Assembly (NCBI GenBank): GCA_965649825.1
Contig: OZ287700.1
Span: 1,426,001-1,490,000 of the forward strand
Origin: Penicillus capitatus
Lineage: Eukaryota; Plantae; Chlorophyta
Length of the DNA stretch: 64,000 bases
Direction of reading: 5' to 3'
Shown here: positions 1 through 11,718 of the stretch, in pieces
Position numbering within the stretch: the stretch's first letter is position 1
Layout: every line of letters starts with the position of its first letter
Notes under the pieces: model-generated
What the model was told of the DNA's origin: nothing
Seen by the model: the letters and a program-made list of their open reading frames with translations, nothing else
Databases searched by the model: none
Translations under genes and position numbers: made by a program

Positions 1-420
1 CACGATGTGCCGAATTCGGTCGTTTGGGACTTCTTGGCCTAAACTCTACTCGTATTAATGAGTTGCTGTCTAGACGAAGTACTGCTGGTTCGCCAGCCCC
101 GAACGGTCTTTGATTTCAGTATCTGACACAGAACACCAAACGAATCGTGTTGAAAAGGACATACTCCTGGAAGGTCCACCAAGAGGTATGATGTTGGGTT
201 TTGTCACGTGCCTTTCAGATCGGGAGAGGCCGTCAAGGAGGAACGCTTAAGTACTGCGGAATGCATTTCTGACGGGTTAAATCAAACACACCGTATGACA
301 GGCAACACTCCGTCGATGGCTCTAGAGGTTTTAATGGACACGATGATTTGCGTTTGTCACAATCTATCGCGTGTTCTTTTACGCCGCGTTTTCACCTGCT
401 CTCCTCGTTCGATGACGACA

Positions 421-3400
421 ATGGGTCATTACGCCATTTCGATCGCTCAACCACTTTCCTCGATGCCGTGTGCGTTGCTCCTCTTGTTTCTCGCGAGCCT
501 TGTGAAATGCGACAACTCCACTTTTCGTTTCGGGGCTGTACTCAGCACAGAGGGCGATACGGCTGCGATGATAGAGGCTAAATTCGGATACGAACTTTTC
601 TTTGATACTCTAAACGCTCGCTCTGACGGTCGAGGCTTTTACCTGAGCGGCAAAAACGCGGTTGATGGATTCTACTTCAAATTCGACTTCCTCTGGCGCG
701 AAGACTCCAGCGACGCAGACATCCATGAGAGAGAAGTGAAAAGACTGATAGAAGAAGACAAAATCCATTTCTTGGGCGGCTCTCATCCAACATATGCAGA
801 AAAAGAAATGAGTATGGCGAATGATAGCGGCATCCTTAACTATCATTGTTGTGTCGGACCTGATGCGCTTTACGAGCGAGATCGACGTACCGTGTTTGGC
901 GTCCAGGCATCCAATAAGGAATATACCAAAACGATCATCCGAACGTTGGCTTTGGCAGAAGTGGGTGCTCTTGCGTTCGTATATGGAGAAGATAATGCAT
1001 TCACGCGGACAACGTGTGAAGCTGGCATCAAGTTTGCTGGCGAAATGGGGGCAGTGCATGTGGAGAACTCCACACATTTCATTCGCACATTCAACCAATC
1101 CGTGCCCGACTCAGATTTCTTAGACGATGTGGTGAGGGGAGTGAAGGAACAAGCCATTACAGCTGTGATCGCATGTGTCTTTCCGGATGCAGGGAAGCTC
1201 CTCGTTGATGCATTTCACGATAATGAGTACCCACTAAAGGCGTTTTTTCTCACAACGGGGCCCACAAGACAAAAGTGGGTAGATGGATTTGATCCCAAGT
1301 ACCGAGCACATGATCTCCTGAGTGCTGCCCAGTGGCATCATGATATGAAGTACACCGATAGCTTCTTCGGATCGGCTCTGGGATACACCGAATTGTACCA
1401 GGACAAATTCGACAATCATTTGCCAGCCTATACGTCCGCAGGCGCCTCAGCTGTTGGGTTGACACTTGTGGAAGCCATGAAGCACGCCTTTATGTCTTGT
1501 GACATATTGGCCACGGAAGGAAATGTGGAGAAGCTTCTCTACGATGCTGACGCTGTCGTGTGCGATGACGAGAAAGCGATACGCGGCTATGATCGTATAC
1601 TGGAAGCTCTGGCTGATTTAGACATGGACACGTTCTTCGGTGGAGTGAAGTTTAACTTCTACCGAAGGAACGTAGGGATGGATCCAGTGACAACCCAAGT
1701 CTTCAAGCGAACGTCGCAAGCTGGAAAAGAATACGCAGAAATCGAAGCTGTTCTGCCTTTGGGATACGCGACGGAGTTGATGAACTATCCCGCAGAGAAC
1801 CATTACAAAGAAGTCTGTGGGCCTGGTTACTACGTTGGAAGCGATTCCTTCTCACCATGTGTGATGTGTGAACCAGGAGAAATCTCCGATCAAAATAACG
1901 CCAAACATTGCGACAGCTGTCCAGTGGGTTATTGGACAAATAAACCTGGTCAGCACAAGTGTGAACTGTGTCCAGAAGGAACACATACAGAGATTCGAGG
2001 CGCCACAAAAATAACCGATTGCATTTGCAAGGAAGGATACTTTAATGCGGCCATGGAAAGTGGAGTCCCTTGCCAGCCATGTCCTGAAGGAGCGACGTGT
2101 GAAGGGGGGACAGAACCGCCAATTCCTGAAAAAGGTTATTGGGCGGTCGAGACAGGACGCACAGCAGTGTATCCTTGTGATCCCCCCACGAACTGCCTCG
2201 GCGGTGAAGATCTTCGCTGTGAAGAGGGGTACACCGGCAGGTGCGTGACATCTCTGTGACATCGACGCTCTTAATCTTTCCCGCAGGTTGTGTTCCGTTT
2301 GCGATGAAGGTTACTTCAGTGTGCTTCAAGAATGCCATCCATGCCGAAGCACGGCGCAGCTTGTGATCTTCTATCTCATGCTGTTGATTGGATGGTATGT
2401 CATTAACGTCATCGTGTCGAGGAATGTCGCTTCACTTGAAATGATCCTGGGATGGGCACAGCTTGCCAACATCATTGGTGATGTCAATCTCAATTGGACG
2501 AAGATGGTGCAAGACATGTTTGGAGTTGCCAACCTTCTCGATTTTGATGTTGACATCTTGGAGCCAACATGCATTCGGACCTGGGGATTCAAACAGAACT
2601 TTGTCACGCAGTTATTCCTGCCTTTCATCATGACGTTCATGGGCTGCAACGGCTACTTAGGATCTGCCATTACCTACTTCCTGGTAAAGAACAAATGGCT
2701 GAAACTGGATGGCCGCAGAAGAGAGATTCTCGCAATGTTTGTGAACATCCCGGAAAACGCAGATCAGCTCCGAGAGAAGTGGGACTCCACCATCGCCACC
2801 TTCCTCGCCTCTGTCGACATCATGTACGTCACCATTGCGAAGTACTGCTTCGACGTCTTCAAGTGCGAAACGATTGCTGGTGTTTCTGTCTTGCGAGTGG
2901 ATGCCAGTGTCGAATGCAACGAAGATCACATATTCTTGACCGTCTTGGCATCGATTGGAATCATTTTCTACGTCGTTGGGTATCTGATATACGTCGTATG
3001 GAAGCTGTTTGATCTACGCAATCGCCGTGCTTTCTCCGTTCCCCGAAACTTACGCCGTTATGGCTTCATCTATCAGAAGTACGAGCTGGATTACTATTAT
3101 ACGCCTGCTATTATGCTTGTACGAAAACTGCTCTTTGTGTTTGTTCTGGTGTACGTGAACAACCCTGCCTTCCAAGTTGGAGCGATTGCTGTGATCATCA
3201 ATACCTCTCTCATGATTCACGTTTACACAGCACCGTATGTCGATACCTATCTCGATGTGCTGTTCAATTTCTTGTTGCTGGCTTTGATGTTTGAGGCGTT
3301 TGGAGGATTGATGTTCTACAGCGAAAATCTCCCCGATGCCAATCGCGAAATTCTCGAATGGATCGTGATGGTCACACTTTTCCTGCTTATTGCTGTCTTC

Positions 3401-4480
3401 CTTGTTATTTTCGTAATGGAGATCTTTACCAAGTATTACATTCATTTCCTCAAAAGGGAACATCGAAAATTCGCACGGGAAAGAATGGGATCATCATCCG
3501 GTCAGAATTTCTTCAAGAAATTCTCAAGAGACACCGCTATGGAGAAGGCAAGATCTTTGGCATCTATTGGATCTCATGAAGAAGACAAGGACATCAGCTT
3601 TGAGCTTCTGGATACCTTTAAACCGAGCTTCATCTACAAATGTCTGCGCAAGAAGCCAGAGTTCATCGAAGACTGGGACAAACTGACGAATATGCTCAAA
3701 GATTTCATGTCGGACCAATCCGAAACGTCTTATCTTTCTATGGATCCTATGGCCAAGTTCTGGAGGAAGCTTGTGGATCGGTTCCCTGAGCTGGTGGATT
3801 TTCTGGCAGTGGCAGATGATGAAACGAGAGAGAAATTCAACAATTTTGCAACCAATTTGTACAGAAACTTCTACTTGACGAACAAAGTCACTCCATTGCC
3901 GCTGATGGACATCCTCAATTGGAGAGATTACGCACCAATGGCACAGTGGTTGGCAATTGCTCCGGATGGAGATCGGAAGTTTTTCATCGATTTTCTATCG
4001 GAGATGTTTCGCACAGCTGGCAATGTAAACGCCGCTGATATCCTCGAGTCCAAATTTCTCCAAGGCGGTCCCGATCCTCATCTCAAACGCCATGCCAGTC
4101 GAGAAAAGGGACTCTCCAACAAGAAGAAGCGCATTCTAGAAAGCATCGCCTCGGATGTAAATCCCTTCCAGCACTCCGCCGCCGAAAGGAAACTTGAGAT
4201 GACAACGACAGCGTTGTTGGCAGCCAGCAAATTCCGTCGAAGCAAAAAAGATGATGATGGTCCTCCTTCTCAAAGTCCACCTGGACCCAGCACACGGACA
4301 TCCCCGGAAGCGGTCAGTGAAGATGGAGGAGAATCGGCCCGTTCCGATACAAGAAAACCGCGCGCGACCACATTGAATAATCAAACGAGTTTTCAGTCTG
4401 AGATCTCGATCGAAAGCAAAAGATCTGTGAGCTTTGCAGTGGCTGAGAGGGAAAGATCAGATTCCACGGACTCTGGCTAA
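421..4480 (+). CDS. Receptor-like membrane protein: signal peptide, Venus-flytrap (type I periplasmic-binding) domain, GCC2/GCC3-like Cys-rich repeats, about 9 TM helices, cytosolic tail; 2 exons
   Basis: ORFs 208..2259 and 2288..4480 are joined by GT-AG intron 2241..2286, giving GYTGRLCSVCDEGY. Signal-like segment CALLLLFLASLVKC follows ATG 421. FRFGAVLSTEG...HFLGGS resembles LivJ/GABA-B-type ligand-binding domains. CPVGYWTNKPGQHKCELCPEGT repeats; multiple hydrophobic segments. Confidence 0.8.
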
Positions 4481-4780
4481 GCAATACGTATCCACATTTC
4501 ATGAATACTCTTCATAAGAGACATGCCGTATCTTCTGCAGGATTTCAAGTCGCAATGTCCTTGCTGAGGCAACCTGCTGTGTATTTCAACTGGGGCTTGT
4601 TTCGTACCGCCGAGGCTGTGTCTGGACATTCTTTCTTTCTTTAGTGTTCGCTTTACGTCTGACGTCTTTGAACCTTTTTGCCAATCTCACAATATTCTTT
4701 TGATTGTCGTTCTACCTGCTGGTGTTGTGGCTCAGCTATCCATCGAGATGGTCTAACGATGACCAAGGCAAGCAAGACAT

Positions 4781-5369
4781 CTACCATAATTGCCATAGGT
4801 TGTGCACAGAAGCTTGACAAGTGGCTGCTTTGTGTAAAGATGATGTGTTATATCTGGACTGCAGTGTACCAGTAAATCGGAAAGGTATCTTCTCTTTGTC
4901 AAAGATGCGTCCAGTATCTTCGATGACCTCTGACCGTCCACTCACGTATTGTCCTGAATTCCCATCTCTATTGGATCCCCTTGTGGAGTTGTCGCCGCAA
5001 AGGCAGAGGCGGATTGCTCTTTATGTTTGTCTACCCTTACCGCTTTGTCGTTCCAATGGACAAAAGACATGGCACATGTTTATCCTTCTGTTGCTTCAAA
5101 TTCGATTTTATGTCATGGAATTCAAAAGCTGACCATATCGTCAATGTCTTGCGCTTTACACGCATTGTGGTCCATCCTTCTTTTCTCGTTCAGACTGCAC
5201 ATGACAGCTAGGTGGGTTTCTGAAGACAAATACTCAACAGAATCTCGACCGACATTGTAAACACTCCTGGATCTTGGCTGCACGATCGAACATGTTTCCG
5301 CCGCATGAGTGGCGATGTCATCTAACGAACGCAAACGGGACTGACTCCCTTACTCGAAACACAGATCAT
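4781..5369 (-). CDS. Possible small multi-exon gene of unknown function
   Basis: An open frame can be threaded through several GTAAG/GTCAG...AG introns (MICVS|NDIATH...IDDM|QQKDK...TTKR|GSNRDG...FRFT). No recognisable homology. Confidence 0.25.
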
Positions 5370-5547
5370 CCATCCGTTGTCATCTTTCTGTCGTTGATAT
5401 GTTCACGATTGCTATCAGCGCACAACGAATGAAAACCCATCCCACCTTTGCAGACGGTGCGAAAAAGATGTTGTGTCATGTGCTAAACATTGTAGACATC
5501 CATCTGTCTATGGTAGTGGTTCTCTTTTCGATTCAGAGAACCCTGTT

Positions 5548-8500
5548 CTAGAGTGGAGGTAGGTGTTCGTTCTGTGTCCACGCTTCGATCCGATCGAGCT
5601 CACCTGGTGTCCTGTACACCTCCAGCTGTGATGTAAATCCATTCACGATGAGATCCATGCCATTCTTTGATCGACGTATCTCGAGGAACTGCACAGCAAA
5701 GCAGATGTACATCACATAGCTGAAAGGAAAGGCTTCACGTACTCTGCTCTTTTCTTTGCTGTCCAGCACATCGAAAAGGGCTTCGGCGTCTTTTCCCAGT
5801 TTCTTCATTGAATGGTGTTTTGGGCTCAGTGTGTTTTCGCCCTGATGAAGACCTGTCTCTGCGCAGATGAGGGCGGAAAGCAGATCGCCTTGTTTTCGGT
5901 ATCTCTGTGTCATTTCTTGGAGTATATCAACAATCTGTTCCCAGATGACGACGGAAACATCGACGTCTACTTTGTCGAGGACTTGAGCGTAGTCTCGCAG
6001 CGGACCTAACATGCCTGGATGAGCGGAAGAGCCCAAGTGTTTCTGTTGTAGTCTCAGGGCTTTCTTCAGGAGATCAATGGACCGATTCAAGGCGGACTCG
6101 GAAGGAGAGCCACTCATGACTAATGTCCGAGCAACATTGCGAAACGCCCAAACGCGTTCCGGAACGGGCGTCAATTCTTCCCTCTCTTTCAGCCTACAAG
6201 AACACGAACTGTTCGAGCATGCACAAGAACGAAAGTTAGAAGGGAACAACAGACCGTTCGGTTGAGCTCTGCTGTCGATCCGGCCATTCCTGTTCCAGGA
6301 CACGGGCCTTAAGAACGGCATCGATTCGACTCTTCTTTTCAGCCGCCTCTGCCTTTTTCTGCGGACTCATGTTTTGCCGAGCCAAATCTGCAAACCAGAT
6401 TCCGACGGGGTGTTCCCCACCTTAGAAAAGTCGACATTATGAAGCGTCTGTCCAACAGTGGATGTTACTGCCTCACCAAAGGCCGCAGACAAGGCAACAG
6501 ATTGTGGCATGAGAGAGTCCATCGGGGCGGATGCGCATGTTTCTTCGAGGAGGGATCGCAGCATCTCTGCCACGGCATCATAGATGTCACCATCGGCCGT
6601 TTTCGACATCCGATCGAAGACATGGCCTATGAGAGAAGCCCTTGTGGCCTGTTCGTGGCCACTCGTCCGATCTTCCATCTCCGATTCCAGAACCTCCTCT
6701 ATACGATGTCGAGCGTCACTTAACGGTATCTCTCTGGCTGCGACTCCTTGCAACAGCTTCTTCAGCTTTATGTCCAGCCTTTTCTCGTGGTCTTTTGGCA
6801 AAACGCCCCATTCCACTCGGACCTGGTCGTTTTACGCGAGTGGACCCCCGCACCTGTAGAGGAATCTGCACCTGGATGGATTGGTCGTGGGTCAGTGTAG
6901 CCGGTTTCGATTGAAACTCTGTAAGAAGTGTGTCGACGGTATTGGCCACCTCATGATGTGCAGAGAGACAGGCGTAACGTGCGAATAGGTCAAGCTCTAT
7001 ATCATCCATCTGCACAAGAGGCCCACTTCCGGCCATGGCCTGCAGCCTAGCATCGCTGACATACTGATCCATCACTCTTTGACACATGAAACCTTCCACC
7101 CACCACTCGACGACAGCTACTGCGCGAACAAGGGCTTGCCTATAGGTTTGTCCATGGCACCCCGTGCGTCTTTGGCACTTGCAAAGTGTTCTTCCATTCG
7201 GATCTCTTCTTCCGAGAGCGACGTCTTCATCGCAAAGGCGAGGGTACACACAGCTGCCTGTGACAAGGGACCAGCTGTCATCGCTGCGCCATCCGATATC
7301 TTCACCAAAGCATTTCCTTCGATGCGGACAGCAAACCTTCACATCAATGGTTGAGAGCACACCGTTCAAAATCAGGGTCACCTCGTTTTCAGTTGGTCCA
7401 GAGCTTCCTTTTCTTGCAATTTTCTCCGTCGCTCCTCTTCCAGTTGTCGTTGTCGCTCAGCTTCGGCAGCTGCTTGCCTCTCCTTCTCCCGTTGCTCCTG
7501 TTCCGCTTGGATCTGTCTCTGCCGTTCTTCTTCCTGAGCAAAAACGTCTTGTCACTGCCTGAATGGTTCAATGGTGTTGAACAGTGTTCATACAGCTTTC
7601 CGTTTCGCATCCATCTCTGCCTGGATCTGTCGTTCGATTTCCATGCGTTTTTCAAGCTCCTTCTGCATCACGTTTTCTTTTTCTTCAAACTCCTGCCCAC
7701 CGATATGGCTTCGTCCAGAGGTTGATAAAAGAGGAGTACCCACTTCTTTCTGCTTCTGCTTTAAAGATTGTAACCTCTTTGTTTCTCTTTCCTGTTCTTC
7801 CTTGTACTTCTTTTCGCGCTCGAGCTTCTCGGCAGCTTCGCGTTTCGCACGTTGTTCTGCCTGTTCCAATCTGGCAAACAGAAATCGGCGAACAGATTCG
7901 CGCACAAGACAGCAGAGGTACCGTTGTTTGGTTTCCTGTTCGATCATCAATGCTCTTCTCTGTTCAAACGCCTTTCGCCTGAGAGCCAATTCACGATTTG
8001 TGCCTAACAGTTCATCGCTATCCAACAATCCCTATAAGCGAACCATCGCCAATGTCTGAGGGACTGGTCGCCAAAACGGACGTGCGTTCCGAATCGACGC
8101 AGCTGTTTCTGTTCCGCAGTCCATCGACCCAATCGAATAGAGAGAACGAGCACGAACGCCAAGATGATATTGCTCGGTGTTCCAAACCACGTTGGACGAG
8201 GAATAGGTCGCATCTGCGGAAGACCTGCAGCACTTATGACCAAAACCTGCCAAACAGCACATCAACGGAAACAACAACGATACACGCACGCTCTCGTTCA
8301 CCTTCTGACGTGTCTGCTGATGCATCTGTTCCATCGGGGGCTTGGTATCAGTGCCTTCTGAAGCCTGCTGTGCTGTTGCTTCAGACACGACAGCATCGTG
8401 CGCCTCTTCACCCTCTTCCGAATGCTTCGGCGATGCTTGGCAATGCGCCTTGCCACAGCGTCCTCTCTTTGGAAAGACACGGATCACCACCCTTCCTGCA

Positions 8501-8613
8501 CTTCGATGCTTCAGAATTGGCAACGGAGGTGTCGATGTGGGTCGTCTTGGACGTCGCCATGGTCGGGGTAAAGGATCTATACGAAGGGAGACTCTTTGCG
8601 CTGGCGTCGTCAT
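5548..8613 (-). CDS. Uncharacterised multi-exon protein: transit-peptide-like N-terminus, one TM, long E/K/R/Q coiled coil, C-terminal TPR-like helices
   Basis: Exons from ORFs 8032..8739, 8004..8243, 7588..8028, 7117..7308, 6367..6816 and 5548..6321. The junctions checked (TRQK|VLVISAAG and FGTH|GLLDSDELL) splice in frame via GT-AG. TM segment IILAFVLVLSI. Confidence 0.6.
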
Positions 8614-8665
8614 TTCAACCGAATCGCAATTCGGTGTACGACGTTCGCCGCGTTCGATCGGCGTC

Positions 8666-9721
8666 ATGCGTGAAGCTGAAGAGCTCATCGTGCGTTGTCG
8701 TTCTCTAAGTATTCGCGTGGGCACCTTCATTCGTCGCACCGTTGCCGAAAACGATGCCTTTGCTCAAGACCTGACGTCTCTCATGCGTCAACTCGATGAC
8801 GTCGAGCGTCGAGCAACGGCGACGAACGACACGGAGGCGTTACGACAGGCGAAGAATGCCCGAGACATCCTTCATGGAAACGGACCAGGTGGCGATCTGC
8901 GCAAACTCTGTCAAAAACGCAATCCATGGTTGCTGCGATTTCTTCTGGGCGAGAAGTGCATGGTCCTCACACTAAGGGACGATTCAGGTCTGGCGCTGAA
9001 AGAAGAGTACCATGTCTTTCGTTCTAAGGCTGCCTGGTTCATGGCATTGGCCCCGACGTTTTTGCTTTATGGACTGCATCGAGCCGATCAGTCCCCATCT
9101 CTCTCTTTTCGACCGCTCATCATGTCTGGCATCCAGGTATTCCTGGCGTGGCTGTGTTACTGCTATATTGCTCTGGCTTTGCGTGAAAACGTGCTCTACG
9201 TCAATGGCAGCAACATCCGGAGTTGGTGGATCACCCATCACTACCTTTCGATGTTGACCTGTCTGCTGATGCTCTCATTGCCAGTCGATAGCCCTGCCTT
9301 TACCATGTTCTGTGGCAAGCTGCTGAGATGGAGTGCGTTTCAAGGGATTGTGATGTTGGTACAGAATCGATATCAGAAACGACGTATGTACACACGCATT
9401 GCTTTGGGGAAGAATTCTGCGATGGATGTGGTAACGGGGGAGAGTTCAGGCATGCAAGGACAGTTACTCTTACTCTATCCCATGCTGTTTCTCCTGCAGT
9501 TTTGGCAAATCGTTATCGGTTCGGAAGTGGCTGTCACGATGGCACCCGCTTTTGCCTCTGCCGAGGATTGGCTGGATCCAGGCGACAGAGAACTCGATCT
9601 CAAAGGCCGCCGTGGTGTTTTTGTGGCCGGTGTTCTGTTCTGTTGGATGGGACTGTTAAACTTTTTCCACACTGTTGTGACCATTCTTGACAAAAGTGCC
9701 ACCAAGAGGAAGAAAGTCTAG
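8666..9721 (+). CDS. TMEM120: TMEM120/TMPIT family membrane protein
   Basis: Family motifs KEEYHVFR, LALRENVLYVNGSNIRSWWITHHYLS and QNRYQKRRMYTRIALGK. ATG 8666 gives a family-typical length of about 350 aa. Confidence 0.9.
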   Translation: MREAEELIVRCRSLSIRVGTFIRRTVAENDAFAQDLTSLMRQLDDVERRATATNDTEALRQAKNARDILHGNGPGGDLRKLCQKRNPWLLRFLLGEKCMVLTLRDDSGLALKEEYHVFRSKAAWFMALAPTFLLYGLHRADQSPSLSFRPLIMSGIQVFLAWLCYCYIALALRENVLYVNGSNIRSWWITHHYLSMLTCLLMLSLPVDSPAFTMFCGKLLRWSAFQGIVMLVQNRYQKRRMYTRIALGKNSAMDVVTGESSGMQGQLLLLYPMLFLLQFWQIVIGSEVAVTMAPAFASAEDWLDPGDRELDLKGRRGVFVAGVLFCWMGLLNFFHTVVTILDKSATKRKKV

Positions 9722-10545
9722 GCATGGATGGGCAGTGTCCCCTTGTCTCTCAGAATCCCAAGGATCGACTGGATCAATCCTTCGTGCCCCGGTTTTTCGG
9801 CATAGTAGACATTCGTAAATCCCATCTGACGTGCCTTCTTGGCCGTTGTGCTGCCAATGCAGGCCACGGCTTGATTGAAAAGACATTTTTCTTGTGTCAC
9901 ATCGATCCACGCTCGCACGGCGGAGGGCGAAGCGAAGGTCACGACATCTGCCTGAAGGGCCTGTTCCATCGCCGAGGCATCGATCGTCTCGATATCGACT
10001 GTCGCTGTATCGTAGGTATCGAGGCGTGTCACGACAAAATGCCGTTCTCTCAGGCCGCGCTCGAGGATGTCATCTGCCTTGCTCGATGCTGGATAGAGCA
10101 CCTCCTCAATCCTGTCTTGTCTTCTCGGTAATTCTTGCACAAGTGTTTGGGCATTGGCAGTAGATGGGACGTAGCCAACGAGAAGAGAAGGACCCTCACG
10201 TGACAAGACGTCTAAACTGGCAGAAAATGAAGCGACACGTGCAGAGGGGCGTCCAGCTTCGCGCCACGCTTCGGTAAAGACACTGGTGGCTTGAGGGGAC
10301 GTCAACGTCACCCAGTCATACCGACGCTTTCTGAGCAGCTCCGTTAAGTACTGCGCTTCGGGACGCGTTCGGAATTCGACCAGAGGCAGTTCGATAGGCT
10401 CGACATCGTGCTGACGTAACGACTTCCGTGCTTTGTCGTTACTCCCGACGTGACGGGTCAGAACGACGCTTGCTGCCTGAACGGGACGAACGGAGCGTCG
10501 GACGACGTTGACGCGGAGAGACGATCGAAAAGAAAGGGGACACAT
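9718..10545 (-). CDS. UROS: Uroporphyrinogen-III synthase, plastid-type
   Basis: VVLTR, YDWVTLTSP, VLYPASSKA, RLDTYDT, VTFASPSAV and ACIGSTTA motifs; short transit-peptide-like N-terminus. Confidence 0.92.
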   Translation of the reverse strand: MCPLSFRSSLRVNVVRRSVRPVQAASVVLTRHVGSNDKARKSLRQHDVEPIELPLVEFRTRPEAQYLTELLRKRRYDWVTLTSPQATSVFTEAWREAGRPSARVASFSASLDVLSREGPSLLVGYVPSTANAQTLVQELPRRQDRIEEVLYPASSKADDILERGLRERHFVVTRLDTYDTATVDIETIDASAMEQALQADVVTFASPSAVRAWIDVTQEKCLFNQAVACIGSTTAKKARQMGFTNVYYAEKPGHEGLIQSILGILRDKGTLPIHA

Positions 10546-10568
10546 CGCATGGCAACTTCCATTTCATC

Positions 10569-11681
10569 ATGTCCATGATCATCTCTGCGACGCACCGAAC
10601 GTCCCTGAATCCGAATGCACGTGGCAGACAGCGTCGATCGTTGTCCTGTCGAGCGAAACGTCGCTCGATTACGCCACTTGAGGTTAGCGAACACGCGATC
10701 GTACTGTTGACGGTGACAGGGCTGTCTATGCAGGTGGCGGATTGTTATGTCTATAGCGGGGAAGGAACGGTAAAGGGCATCTGTCATTTCGTCGGCGGTG
10801 CTTTTCTTGGAGCCGTACCTCAGCTAATTTATCCTGTCTTTCTGAGAGGACTGGCAGAAAATGGCTACACAGTCATCGCCACGCCATTCTCTGTGTCCTT
10901 TAAACACAAAGAGAAAGCCAAAGAGCTGCGGGGGAAGTTTTCCTCGGCACTAGAAGAACTCCGATCGTCGCCGATTGCGGCAAGATTCCCGCTCGATGTG
11001 CCCGTGCACGGTATTGGACACAGTTTTGGCGCACTCGCCCATTCGTTGATCGGCTGTACGGAATGCGAAGATATTTCGACGAATGTCCTCATCTCATTCA
11101 ATAACAAAGAGGTGCAGGAAGCTATACCCATTCCAGGGTTTCTCCAAAGTGTGACCACTGCATTCGCGGCGTACGAGCAGAGTCCGATCAAAATCGTTCC
11201 GGATCCGTTGCCGATTGTCAAGGAAGTGACCAAGGTACTACTACCAGATATTCCCAATCCGACGGCTGGCATCTCGAGGAAAACAGTGGACGATGGACTG
11301 GACCAACTCGACGCGGTTTTTGCTGAAATTCGGGAGGGTGTTGTCGATTTCGATCCCGTTCCGACGGAATCGGCGCGGATGATCGAATCGAGCTATCGCA
11401 TTCCGGAGACACTGCTTGTTCAGTTCGCGAGCGATACGATCGACGAATCTCCGTTTCTTCGGCGATTGATGGAGGCATCGCCGAAGCAGAACATCTCCGT
11501 CGAGCAGCTAACTGGAACACACATCACGCCATGCATCGGCGATTTTCGATGGCTCGCGACGATCGGAGATTTCGATTACGATGACAATCTTGCGGAATTT
11601 CTACAACGGAATTCCGTGATCGATACGCGCCGATTGATTCGGACCATCGTCGATTGGCTCGATTCCCATTCCCGTTCATGA
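10569..11681 (+). CDS. DUF1350 family alpha/beta-hydrolase-like protein, probably plastidial
   Basis: HFVGGAFLGAVPQLIY, GIGHSFGA (nucleophile elbow), NVLISFNNK, LLVQFASDTIDE and GTHITP; R/S-rich N-terminus. Confidence 0.88.
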   Translation: MSMIISATHRTSLNPNARGRQRRSLSCRAKRRSITPLEVSEHAIVLLTVTGLSMQVADCYVYSGEGTVKGICHFVGGAFLGAVPQLIYPVFLRGLAENGYTVIATPFSVSFKHKEKAKELRGKFSSALEELRSSPIAARFPLDVPVHGIGHSFGALAHSLIGCTECEDISTNVLISFNNKEVQEAIPIPGFLQSVTTAFAAYEQSPIKIVPDPLPIVKEVTKVLLPDIPNPTAGISRKTVDDGLDQLDAVFAEIREGVVDFDPVPTESARMIESSYRIPETLLVQFASDTIDESPFLRRLMEASPKQNISVEQLTGTHITPCIGDFRWLATIGDFDYDDNLAEFLQRNSVIDTRRLIRTIVDWLDSHSRS

Positions 11682-11718
11682 TCAAGACACATCTCTTCAA
11701 TCGAACTGGCGATGTTTA

